DNA of 64,000 bases. Source: Candidatus Eiseniibacteriota bacterium. GTDB taxonomy: Bacteria; Eisenbacteria; RBG-16-71-46. Numbering within the stretch: position 1 is the stretch's first letter; each line of letters begins with the position of its first letter. The stretch covers positions 3,040,001-3,104,000 of the forward strand of contig OY970178.1 of the NCBI GenBank assembly GCA_963707915.1, read 5' to 3'. The translations under genes were made by a program, and so were the position numbers. Below are positions 10,228 through 18,562 of the stretch, piece after piece. The notes beneath the pieces were generated by a model, which did no database searches, was not told the DNA's origin, and was given only the letters and a program-made list of their open reading frames with translations.

Positions 10228-11138
10228 CCGCGCTCTCCGTGCTGCCGCCGCTCTGCGCGCTGCTGCTGGCGCCGCTGCTGCCGGGCGTCGTGGCCCGCAC
10301 GCGCTGCTGGCTCACCGGGCGCCGCGGGCCGCCGTTGCTGCAGGCCTACGCCGACGTCCGCAAGCTGCTGGCGAAGGACGCGGTCTACAGCCGCACCACG
10401 ACCGGCGTGTTCCGCGCGGGGCCGCTGGTGGGCCTCGCGGCGGTGGCGACCGCCGCGGCGATCGTGCCCTTTGGCGCCGCGCCCGCGCCCCTGGCATTCC
10501 CGGGCGACCTCGTCCTGTTCTGCGGCCTGCTGGCGCTGATGCGCTTCGTCACCGTGCTCGCCGCGCTCGACACCGGCTCGGCCTTCGAGGGCATGGGCGC
10601 CAGCCGCGAGGTGCAGTTCGCCGCGCTCGCCGAGCCGGCGCTGGTGCTGGCGCTGGCGGTGGTGGTGCGCAGCACCGGGAGCCTGTCGCTCGGCGGCGCG
10701 TTCGCCGCGCTCACGCCGGCCGCCTGGGCGCACCAGGGGGCGGCGTTGGTGCTGGTGCTCGGCACGCTGTTCGTCGTGTACCTGACGGAGAACGCCCGCG
10801 TGCCGGTGGACGACCCGGGCACGCACCTCGAGCTGACGATGATCCACGAGGTGATGGTGCTCGACCACGGCGGGCCCGACCTCGGGCTCATCCAGTACGC
10901 CGCGGCGCTCAAGCTGTGGGTGCTGGGCGCGCTGCTGGTCGGCCTCGCGCTGCCGGTGCAGGGGCTGGTGCCCTGGGCGGGGCCGCCGGTCGCGCTCGCC
11001 GGGATGCTCGCGCTGGCGGTGCTGGTCGGCGTGGTCGAGACGGTGATGGCGCGGCTCAAGCTCGTGGCGGTGCCGCAACTGCTGGTCGGCGCGACCGCGC
11101 TCGCGCTGCTGGCGACGGTGCTGGTGATGCGGGGGTAG
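10224..11138 (+). CDS. hyfC: NuoH/HycD-like membrane subunit (HyfC/EhrB-like)
   Basis: ATGA overlap with hyfB. GRRGPPLLQAY, ALDTGSAFEGMGASRE, ENARVPVDDPGTHLELTMIHEVMVLDHGG. Confidence 0.88.
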   Translation: MTALSVLPPLCALLLAPLLPGVVARTRCWLTGRRGPPLLQAYADVRKLLAKDAVYSRTTTGVFRAGPLVGLAAVATAAAIVPFGAAPAPLAFPGDLVLFCGLLALMRFVTVLAALDTGSAFEGMGASREVQFAALAEPALVLALAVVVRSTGSLSLGGAFAALTPAAWAHQGAALVLVLGTLFVVYLTENARVPVDDPGTHLELTMIHEVMVLDHGGPDLGLIQYAAALKLWVLGALLVGLALPVQGLVPWAGPPVALAGMLALAVLVGVVETVMARLKLVAVPQLLVGATALALLATVLVMRG

Positions 11139-11161
11139 GGGGGAAGGAGGCACGCAGGCCG

Positions 11162-11665
11162 ATGGATTCGCCGGCCGTTGATCGCAAGCCCTGGTGGAAA
11201 GGGGCCCGGGGAGAGTGGTTCGTCGTCGTGCAGGTGGTCCTGATGGCGCTGGTGTTCCTCGGTCCGCGCACGCCGGCGGGCCGGCCCGCGTGGCCGTTCC
11301 CGTTCCCCCGCGCGTGCCTGGTCGCGGGCGTCGCCCTGATGGTCGCGGGCGCGGGCCTGCTCGGCGCGGGTCTCCTCCGCCTGGGGCGCGGGTTGACGCC
11401 GCTGCCGTACCCGAAGGACCGGGCCGTGCTCGTCCGGACGGGCCCCTACGCGCTGGTCCGCCATCCGATGTACGGCGGCGGCCTCGCCCTGGCCCTCGGC
11501 TGGGCGTTGTACGTCCAGGCCTGGCTCACGCTGGGATACGCGCTCGTCCTGTTCGCGTTCTTGGACGTGAAGTCGCGGCGCGAGGAACGCTGGCTGGTCG
11601 AGAGGTTCCCGGAGTACGAGGCCTACCGACGGCGCGTGCGCAAGCTCATCCCCTTCGTGTACTGA
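11162..11665 (+). CDS. Isoprenylcysteine carboxyl methyltransferase (ICMT/PEMT)-family membrane protein
   Basis: LVRTGPYALVRHPMY and REERWL..F..YEAYRRRV..LIPF motifs; AGGAGG upstream. Confidence 0.85.
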   Translation: MDSPAVDRKPWWKGARGEWFVVVQVVLMALVFLGPRTPAGRPAWPFPFPRACLVAGVALMVAGAGLLGAGLLRLGRGLTPLPYPKDRAVLVRTGPYALVRHPMYGGGLALALGWALYVQAWLTLGYALVLFAFLDVKSRREERWLVERFPEYEAYRRRVRKLIPFVY

Positions 11666-11706
11666 CTCCGCGCCCGCGCGGGACCCATCCAACGGAGGCG
11701 ATCGTC

Positions 11707-12105
11707 ATGGTTCCCGGATCCGCGGGAGTGGCAGCGTACGTGATCGGGCTCGAGGAGGCCGCCCTGCGGCGCTGGTGCGACGGGGATCCCTCCGGCTTCC
11801 TCGAGATCTGCGCCGAGGACGTGGTCTACTTCGACCCCTTTCTCGAGCGCCGGCTCGACGGCCTGCCCGCGCTGGCGGAGTACTACGAGTCACTCCGCGG
11901 CCAGGTGCGCGCCGAGCGGTTCGAGCTCCTCGGTCCCCGCGTCCAGGTCGTGGGCGACGCCGCGGTGCTGACCTTCAACTTCGCGTCCTACGGCAGCGGC
12001 GGGGGCGCGTCCCGCTGGAATTGCACCGAAGTCTTCCGCCGCGCGGGCGAGGTTTGGCGGCTCATCCAGACCCACTGGTCGTTCACCAACGCCGGACGGC
12101 CGTGA
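11707..12105 (+). CDS. NTF2/SnoaL-like (DUF4440-type) small protein
   Basis: DVVYFDPF, RWNCTEVFRR..WRLIQTHWS pattern; GGAGG RBS. Confidence 0.75.
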   Translation: MVPGSAGVAAYVIGLEEAALRRWCDGDPSGFLEICAEDVVYFDPFLERRLDGLPALAEYYESLRGQVRAERFELLGPRVQVVGDAAVLTFNFASYGSGGGASRWNCTEVFRRAGEVWRLIQTHWSFTNAGRP

Positions 12106-12141
12106 GCGCCGCGGTCCGGTCCGTGGCAGGAGGGTAGGGGG

Positions 12142-13227
12142 ATGTCCGACGGTCCCGTGCTGCGTGCGCTCGGCTGGTCCCCGCGCTGGCAGGCGCTGTT
12201 CGAGCCCCACCGGGCGGCGGGCCTGACGCCCGGCCGCGTGATCCGCGGCGACCGCGGCAGCGTGCTGGTCGCCATGCCCGCCGGCGTCGCGCGCGCCCGG
12301 CCCTCGGCGCGCCTGCGGAAGGCCGCCGGGGGTCCGGCGGACCTGCCGGTGGTGGGCGACTGGGTGGTGGCGCTCGCTCCCGAGGACCTCGATGTCCCGC
12401 AGGTCGAGGCGGTGCTCGAGCGCGCCAGCGCGATCACGCGCGGCGATCCGGGCAGGACCTCCGACGTCCAGGTGCTGGCCGCGAACATCGACACGGTGAT
12501 CGTCGTCCACCCGGTCGCCGAACCGCCCAACCTGCGCCGCATCGAGCGGGAGCTCGCGCTGGCGTGGAGCTCGGGCGCGGTCCCGCTGGTGGTGCTCACC
12601 AAGGCGGACCTCTCCGCCGATCCGGACGCGGCGCGCGAGGCGGTCGAATCGGTCGCGCCCGGCGCGGCGGTGCTCGCGGTGAACGCGCTCGCCGGCGAGG
12701 GGATCGAGCCGATCCGCGGCCGCCTCGCGGGGGATCGCACCGCGGTGCTGGTCGGGCCCTCCGGCGCGGGGAAGTCCACGCTGGTCAACGCGCTCCTCGG
12801 GGAGCGGCGGCAGGCGACGTGCGAGGTGCGCGTGAGCGACGGGCGCGGGCGGCACACCACGGTGGTGCGGGAGCTGATCCAGGTCCCCGGCGGCGGCGTG
12901 CTCATCGACACGCCGGGGCTGCGCGCGATCGGGCTGACCGGCTCGGAGGACGGCATCGCGTCGGCCTTCCCGGACATCGAGCAGGTCGCCCGCTCGTGCC
13001 GCTTCCGCGACTGCGCGCACGGGGAGGAGCCGGGCTGCGCCGTCCGATCGGCCGCCGAGTCTGGTACGCTGCCGGCGGAGCGGCTGGCCAGCTACCACAA
13101 GCTCCGGCGCGAGGCGCAGGTCGCCGCCGCGAAGTCGGACGTCCGCCTTCGGGCCGAGGAGGAGAGGAAGTGGAAGATCATCCGCAAGGCGGCCCGCGCC
13201 CTCTACCGGCAGGGCGGCCGCGGTTGA
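12142..13227 (+). CDS. rsgA: Ribosome small subunit-dependent GTPase A (circularly permuted GTPase)
   Basis: PVVGDWV, LAANID, TKAD, GPSGAGKSTLVNAL, GRGRHTT, DTPGLR, Zn site CRFRDCAHGEEPGC. Confidence 0.92.
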   Translation: MSDGPVLRALGWSPRWQALFEPHRAAGLTPGRVIRGDRGSVLVAMPAGVARARPSARLRKAAGGPADLPVVGDWVVALAPEDLDVPQVEAVLERASAITRGDPGRTSDVQVLAANIDTVIVVHPVAEPPNLRRIERELALAWSSGAVPLVVLTKADLSADPDAAREAVESVAPGAAVLAVNALAGEGIEPIRGRLAGDRTAVLVGPSGAGKSTLVNALLGERRQATCEVRVSDGRGRHTTVVRELIQVPGGGVLIDTPGLRAIGLTGSEDGIASAFPDIEQVARSCRFRDCAHGEEPGCAVRSAAESGTLPAERLASYHKLRREAQVAAAKSDVRLRAEEERKWKIIRKAARALYRQGGRG

Positions 13228-13282
13228 GGGGCACGGAGGTCGGAGTGAGAGTGGTTCCCACGGTCGGCGCGGGCGAGCACGG

Positions 13283-13960
13283 ATGCAGCTGACCCTGCGC
13301 GAGGCGACCACCTACCTCGGGGTCAACGAGGACACGGTGCGGCGCTGGATCAAGAGCCGCGGACTGCCGGCGCACCGCGTGAACGAGCGCCTCATGCTCA
13401 ACGCGATCGAGTTGTGGGAGTGGGCGACCGAGAACGGCATCGCGGTGTCACGCGACCTGCTCGAGCGGGAGCGGGGCTCGCCCGAGTCGGTGCCGGCGCT
13501 CGGCGACATGCTCGCGGCGGGCGGCATCCACCACGACGTCGCCGGCGAGGACCGCTCCGCGGTGCTGCGCGAGGTGGTGGCGCGGCTGCCGTTGCCCGCG
13601 GGGACGGACCGCGAGTTCATCGAGGCGGTGCTCGAGGCCCGCGAGGCGATGGGCTCGACCGGGATCGGCGCCGGCATCGCCATCCCGCACGTGCGCAACC
13701 CGCTGCTGCTGGGCGCGGGCGAGCCGCGGGTGATGCTCTGCCTGCTGCGCCACCCGATCGACTTCGACGCGGTCGACGGGCAACCGGTCTACGCGCTCTT
13801 CACGGTGGTCAGCTCCACCGTGCCGGCGCACCTCAAGATCCTCGCCCGGCTCGGCTTCGCGCTGCACGACCCGGAGCTGCGCGGGCTGCTGCGGGACCGC
13901 GCGCCGGCCGCGGAACTCCTGGCCCGCGTGCGCGCGCTCGACGCGCCGCGGGGCGCCTGA
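13283..13960 (+). CDS. Excisionase-type HTH fused to a PTS EIIA (fructose/Ntr-type) domain
   Basis: N-terminal LTLREATTYLGVNEDTVRRWI HTH. EIIA motif REAMGSTGIGAGIAIPHVR with the phospho-His, DFDAVDGQPV, HLKILARL. Confidence 0.88.
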   Translation: MQLTLREATTYLGVNEDTVRRWIKSRGLPAHRVNERLMLNAIELWEWATENGIAVSRDLLERERGSPESVPALGDMLAAGGIHHDVAGEDRSAVLREVVARLPLPAGTDREFIEAVLEAREAMGSTGIGAGIAIPHVRNPLLLGAGEPRVMLCLLRHPIDFDAVDGQPVYALFTVVSSTVPAHLKILARLGFALHDPELRGLLRDRAPAAELLARVRALDAPRGA

Positions 13961-13962
13961 CC

Positions 13963-14604
13963 GTGGAACGGCTCGGCGACGCGCTCCTGCTGCTGGTGCT
14001 GCTCACCGACCTGGCGCTGCTGGTCACCGACCGGCTGAGCGCCTCGATCCGGCTGGTCGCGATCCAGGGCGTGCTGCTCGGGCTCGTGCCGCTCGCGCTG
14101 GCGCACGTGTTCTCGATCCACCTGGCCGCCATCGTGGCCGGGACGATCGGCATCAAGGCGGTGCTGCTGCCGCGCATCCTGCTGTGGGCGATCCGCGAGG
14201 CGGAGGTGCGGCGCGAGCGCCAGCCCTCGATCGGGCACCTGCCCTCGCTGCTGCTGGGGCTGGCGGTCACCGGCGTCGCCTTCGCCGTGGCCGGCCGGCT
14301 GCCGGCGGTGCCGGGCCGCTCGCTGCCGCTGCTGATCCCGGTCGCGCTCTCCACGCTGATGATCGGCTTCCTGCTGCTCACCAGCCGGCGCAAGGCGCTC
14401 TCGCAGGTGGTGGGCTACCTGGTGCTCGAGAACGGGATCTACCTGTTCGGACTCACGCTGGCGGACCGCCTGCCGCTGCTGGTCGAGATGGGCGTGCTGC
14501 TGGACGTGTTCGTGGGCGCGCTGATCATGGGCCTCGTGGTCTTCCAGATCCAGCGCGAGCTCGAGACGCTCGACTCGCGCGAGCTGTCGCAGCTCACCGA
14601 CTGA
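13963..14604 (+). CDS. hyfE: HyfE/EhrC-like membrane subunit
   Basis: GTG start 2 nt after the preceding stop. Hydrophobic; QVVGYLVLENGIYLFG, VEMGVLLDV. Confidence 0.82.
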   Translation: MERLGDALLLLVLLTDLALLVTDRLSASIRLVAIQGVLLGLVPLALAHVFSIHLAAIVAGTIGIKAVLLPRILLWAIREAEVRRERQPSIGHLPSLLLGLAVTGVAFAVAGRLPAVPGRSLPLLIPVALSTLMIGFLLLTSRRKALSQVVGYLVLENGIYLFGLTLADRLPLLVEMGVLLDVFVGALIMGLVVFQIQRELETLDSRELSQLTD

Positions 14605-16046
14605 TGCTCCTGCCCGCGCTGGTCCTGGTCCCGCTGCTCGGCGCGATCGCGGCCTACCTCGACCGCGCCGCCGCGCGGCGCTCGCTCTGGGTGGTCGCCG
14701 GGGCGCTCGCCCACCTCGGGCTGGTGACTCTGGCCTGGTGCCGGCGGCCGGCCCCGGCGGGCCCCGGCTGGCTGGCCTTCGACCCGCTCGGCGGGCTGGT
14801 GCTCACGCTCACCAGCGTCGTGTTCCTGGCGGTCGCGCTCTACTCGGTGGGCTACCAGCGGCACGAGCCGCTGCGCGGCGGGCGGGCCTACGCCAGCTGC
14901 CTGCTGGGCTTCCTGGCCGCGGCGTCGGTGGTCACGCTGACCCGGCACTTCGGGCTGCTCTGGGTCGCGATGGAGGCCACCACGCTCGCGACCGCCCCGC
15001 TGATCTACGACCCGGCCGACCGCCGCTCGCTCGAGGCGGTCTGGAAGTACCTGGTGGTCTGCTCGGTGGGCATCGCGGTCGCGCTGCTCGGCATCTTCTT
15101 CCTCGCCACCGCGCAGCTCGCGGGCGGCGGCGCCCCGGGGCGCCCGTTGATGCTGGAGGACCTGCTGGCGGCGGGGCCGCTCCTGCACCCGGCGTGGCTG
15201 CGGGGCTCGTTCGTCTTCGTGCTCATCGGCTTCGGCACCAAGATGGGCCTGGCCCCGATGCACACCTGGCTGCCCGACGCGCACGGCGAGGCGCCCTCGC
15301 CGATCTCGGCCTTGCTCTCGGGGGCGCTGCTCAATCTCGCGTTCCTGGCCATCCTGCGGGAGCTGGCGGTGCTGCGCGCGGCGGGGCAGGGCGGCTTCGC
15401 CGGCCCGCTGCTGGTCGGCTTCGGCCTGTTCTCGGTCGCGGTGGCGGCGGCGTTCCTGTTCGGGCAGGGCAACTACAAGCGCATGCTGGCCTATTCCAGC
15501 GTCGAGCACATGGGGATCCTCGCGGTCGGCGCGGGCCTCGCCGGGGTCGCGGCCTACGGCGCGCTGCTGCACGTGCTGAGCGCCTCGCTCGCCAAGGCGC
15601 TGCTCTTCCTGGTCGCGGGCAACGTGTGGCAGGCCACCGGCACGAAGCGCATGCGCGAGGTCACCGGCCTGGCGCGCCGCCTGCCGGTGAGCGCCGCGCT
15701 GCTGGTCGCGGGGTTCCTGGCCATCAGCGGCTCGCCGCCGTTCGGGCCGTTCCTGAGCGAATTCACGCTGCTCACCGGCGCGGTGCGCGCGGGCGCGACC
15801 GGGACCGTGGTCGGGCTGCTGTCGCTGCAGGCGCTGATCTTCATCTCGATGGGCTCGGCGGTGCTCGGCATGGTGCTGGGGCGCCCGGCCGCCACGGCCG
15901 CGCCGGCGGCGCGCGAGAGTCGGTGGCTGACGTTGCCGCCCGCCGCCCTGCTGGTGCTGGTGCTGATGCTCGGCGTGTGGATCCCGGCCGGGCTGCGCGA
16001 GGCGCTGGCCGCGGCCGCCGCCGGCATCGGGGGGACCGCGCCGTGA
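14604..16046 (+). CDS. hyfF: Proton-conducting antiporter-like subunit (HyfF/EhrD-like)
   Basis: TGATG overlap. LWVAMEATTL, EAVWKY, GFGTKMGLAPMHTWLPDAHGEAPSPISALLSG, KRMLAYSSVEHMG. Confidence 0.88.
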   Translation: MLLPALVLVPLLGAIAAYLDRAAARRSLWVVAGALAHLGLVTLAWCRRPAPAGPGWLAFDPLGGLVLTLTSVVFLAVALYSVGYQRHEPLRGGRAYASCLLGFLAAASVVTLTRHFGLLWVAMEATTLATAPLIYDPADRRSLEAVWKYLVVCSVGIAVALLGIFFLATAQLAGGGAPGRPLMLEDLLAAGPLLHPAWLRGSFVFVLIGFGTKMGLAPMHTWLPDAHGEAPSPISALLSGALLNLAFLAILRELAVLRAAGQGGFAGPLLVGFGLFSVAVAAAFLFGQGNYKRMLAYSSVEHMGILAVGAGLAGVAAYGALLHVLSASLAKALLFLVAGNVWQATGTKRMREVTGLARRLPVSAALLVAGFLAISGSPPFGPFLSEFTLLTGAVRAGATGTVVGLLSLQALIFISMGSAVLGMVLGRPAATAAPAARESRWLTLPPAALLVLVLMLGVWIPAGLREALAAAAAGIGGTAP

Positions 16047-17557
16047 GGCTTCCCGGGCCCGAGGGGTTCCGCAACCGCCGCAGCGTCCCGTGGGCGGAGG
16101 TGCCGTGCCGCGAGGTGGCGGAGTTCCGCGCGGAGGTCGTGGGCGCGATCGCCGGGGGCGCGCGGCTGGTGTCGTTCTTCGGCCTGCCCGAGGACGACAC
16201 CCGCACGCGCCTGCTCGCCGTGCTCGCCGACGACGGGCGCGCGGCGCTCGGGGCGAGCAGCGCGGTGGTGGGCACCGGCTATCCCGCCCTGACGCCCGAT
16301 TGTCCGCAGGCGCACCTGTTCGAGCGCGAGATCGCCGAGCAGTGCGGCGTCACGCCCGAGGGGCACCCGTGGCTCAAGCCGGTGCGCCGCCACCCGCCCG
16401 ATCACCTGCCGGCCGGGCGCGCCGTGGCCGCGACCGACCGCGAGGACTACCCGTTCTTCCAGGTGGCGGGGGAGGAGGTGCACGAGGTCGCGGTGGGCCC
16501 GGTGCACGCCGGCATCATCGAGCCCGGGCACTTCCGCTTCCAGGCCCACGGCGAGGACGTGCTGTTCCTCGAGATCGTGCTCGGCTACCAGCACCGCGGG
16601 GTCGAGCGCCTGCTCGAGACGCTGCCGCCCGGACGCGCCATGCTGGTGGCGGAGTCCATCGCGGGCGACACGGTGATCGGCCACGCCGAGGCGTTCTGCG
16701 GCGCGTTCGAGGCGCTGTCGCGCTGCCGCAAGACGCCGCGGGCCCAGGCGGTGCGCGGCTGCGCGCTGGAGCTCGAACGGCTGGCGAACCACATCGGCGA
16801 CCTCGGCGCGCTGGCCGGGGACGTGGCCTTCGCCCCCACCGCCGCGATCTGCGGGCGCGTGCGCGGCGACGTGCTCAACCTGCTGCTGGCGCTCTCGGGC
16901 AACCGCTTCGGGCGCGGCCTGGTGCGCCCGGGCGGCGTCGGTTTCGACCTGCCGGCCGGGATGGCCGGCGAGTTCCGCGAGCGGCTCGCCGCGATCGCCG
17001 CGGAGTTCGAGCAGGCGGCCGGGCTGTTCTTCGGGAGCGAATCGGTGCAGGCGCGGGTCGAGGGCACGGGCGTGGTGCCGGCCGCGAGCGGCGCCGAGCT
17101 GGGTTTCGTCGGCCCCACCGCCCGCGCGTCGGACCTGGCGCGCGACGTGCGCCAGGACCACCCCTGGGGGATCTACCGCTTCGCGCACATCCCCACCACG
17201 GTCGAGAGCTCGGGCGACGTCATGGCGCGCGCGATGGTGCGCACGGTCGAGGCGCGCCGCTCCTGCGAGTTCCTGCAGGAGCAACTGGCCGCCCTGCCGC
17301 GGGGCGGGGTGCTGCGGGTCGAGCCCGGCGAACTGGCGGCCGGCGAGCTGGTGGTGGCCCTGGCCGAGGGCTGGCGCGGCGAGATCGCGCACGTCGCCGT
17401 GACCGACGCGCTGGGGCGCGTGCGGCGCTGGAAGGTCACCGACCCGTCGTTCCACGACTGGACCGCGCTGGCCGTGGCGATGGCCGGCACGCCGATCTCG
17501 GACTTCCCGCTCTGCAACAAGAGCTTCAACCTGTCGTACGCCGGCCATGACCTCTAG
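16043..17557 (+). CDS. Hydrogenase-4-like large subunit lacking NiFe-binding cysteines (EhrL; NuoC+NuoD-like)
   Basis: GTGA overlap. FEREIAEQ, VGPVHAGIIEPGHFRF, GYQHRGVE, LELERLANH, EGWRGE, DFPLCNKSFNLSYAGHDL; no CxxC L1/L2 motifs. Confidence 0.88.
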   Translation: MRLPGPEGFRNRRSVPWAEVPCREVAEFRAEVVGAIAGGARLVSFFGLPEDDTRTRLLAVLADDGRAALGASSAVVGTGYPALTPDCPQAHLFEREIAEQCGVTPEGHPWLKPVRRHPPDHLPAGRAVAATDREDYPFFQVAGEEVHEVAVGPVHAGIIEPGHFRFQAHGEDVLFLEIVLGYQHRGVERLLETLPPGRAMLVAESIAGDTVIGHAEAFCGAFEALSRCRKTPRAQAVRGCALELERLANHIGDLGALAGDVAFAPTAAICGRVRGDVLNLLLALSGNRFGRGLVRPGGVGFDLPAGMAGEFRERLAAIAAEFEQAAGLFFGSESVQARVEGTGVVPAASGAELGFVGPTARASDLARDVRQDHPWGIYRFAHIPTTVESSGDVMARAMVRTVEARRSCEFLQEQLAALPRGGVLRVEPGELAAGELVVALAEGWRGEIAHVAVTDALGRVRRWKVTDPSFHDWTALAVAMAGTPISDFPLCNKSFNLSYAGHDL

Positions 17558-17578
17558 CGCGCGCCCCGGGAGGCGGGA

Positions 17579-18352
17579 ATGCTGAGATACCTGCTCGGCC
17601 GGCTGCGGCGCGGCAGCCACACGCTGCCCGACCTGGCCGCGGTCCCGCCGCTGCCCGAGCGCTACCGCGGCCGGCCCGTGCTCGATCGTGCGCTCTGCCC
17701 GGACGGCTGCCGGGCCTGCGCGGGCGCCGCGCCCACCGGGTTCCTGGAGCCGGATGGCGCCGGCGGGCCCGTGCTGGACCTGGGCGCCTGCCGCTTCAGC
17801 CCCGAGGAGGCCGCGGCGTGCCCGGCCGGTGCGCTCCGGTTCACCGGCGAGCACCGCATGGCCACCTCCACGCGGGCGGCGCTGGTCACGCCCACCGGCG
17901 AGGTCGAGCTGGCGCACGCGCTGGAGGCCTCGGCCCGGCGCCTGTTCGGCCGCTCGCTCCGGCTGCGCTCGGTCGTGGCGGGCAGCTGCGGCGGATGCGA
18001 GCCCGACCTCGCGGTGCTGGGCAACGTGGTGTTCGACCTCGGGCGGTTCGGCATCCAGTTCGTGGCCTCGCCGCGCCACGCCGACGCCATCGTCGTCACC
18101 GGCGCGGTCAACCCGGGCATGCGCCTCGCGCTCGAGAAGACCTGGCAGGCCGTGCCCGCGCCCCGCCTGGTGATCGCCGTCGGCGCCTGCGCCCTCTCCG
18201 GGGGGCCGTTCGCGGCGAGCCCGCAGGGCGGCACCGGCGTGCCGCCCGAGATCCCCGTGGACCTCTGCGTCCCCGGCTGCCCGCCGCACCCGCTCACCCT
18301 GCTGGACGGCCTGCTGCGCCTGCTGGGCAGGCTCGAGCGCGGAGAGCGCTAG
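17579..18352 (+). CDS. Small subunit (NuoB/HyfI-like, EhrS) with an N-terminal ferredoxin-like domain
   Basis: GSCGGCE, FVASPRHAD, AVGACALSGG, VPGCPPHP; N-terminal CPDGCRAC...ACP. Confidence 0.87.
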   Translation: MLRYLLGRLRRGSHTLPDLAAVPPLPERYRGRPVLDRALCPDGCRACAGAAPTGFLEPDGAGGPVLDLGACRFSPEEAAACPAGALRFTGEHRMATSTRAALVTPTGEVELAHALEASARRLFGRSLRLRSVVAGSCGGCEPDLAVLGNVVFDLGRFGIQFVASPRHADAIVVTGAVNPGMRLALEKTWQAVPAPRLVIAVGACALSGGPFAASPQGGTGVPPEIPVDLCVPGCPPHPLTLLDGLLRLLGRLERGER

Positions 18353-18496
18353 CGCGGGGGCCGGGAGCGAGCGGGGGCGAGCGCATGGTGCCTCTGCTCC
18401 AAGGTGGAGAACGCCAGCGCGGGGGCCGGGAGCGAGCGGGGGCGAGCGCATGGTGCCTCTGCTCGCCCCCGCTCGCTCCCGGCCCCCGCTCCACCT
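18351..18496. repeat. 49-bp perfect direct repeat (18351-18399, 18416-18464) plus a 29-bp perfect inverted repeat (18419-18447 / 18461-18489); REP/BIME-like
   Basis: Read directly: agcgcgggggccgggagcgagcgggggcgagcgcatggtgcctctgctc occurs twice, and gctcgcccccgctcgctcccggcccccgc is the reverse complement of its 5' part. Lies between convergent genes. Confidence 0.9.
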
Positions 18497-18562
18497 CATT
18501 CGCGCAATCGGGGTGCGGTCAACACGCGCTTGGAGTGCGCTCGGCGCGCGGTCGGCAGACGC

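Noticed and set aside
13283..13450. Excisionase as a sign of a prophage or integrative element
   Set aside because: The HTH is fused to a PTS EIIA domain, and no integrase, att repeats or phage genes are present.
16043..17557. Functional [NiFe] hydrogenase or formate hydrogenlyase
   Set aside because: Both CxxC metal-binding motifs are missing, and no fdh or hyp genes are in the window.
18351..18464. Two 49-bp repeats as a possible mini CRISPR array
   Set aside because: Only two units with a 16-nt spacer and no cas genes; better explained as a palindromic REP-like element.
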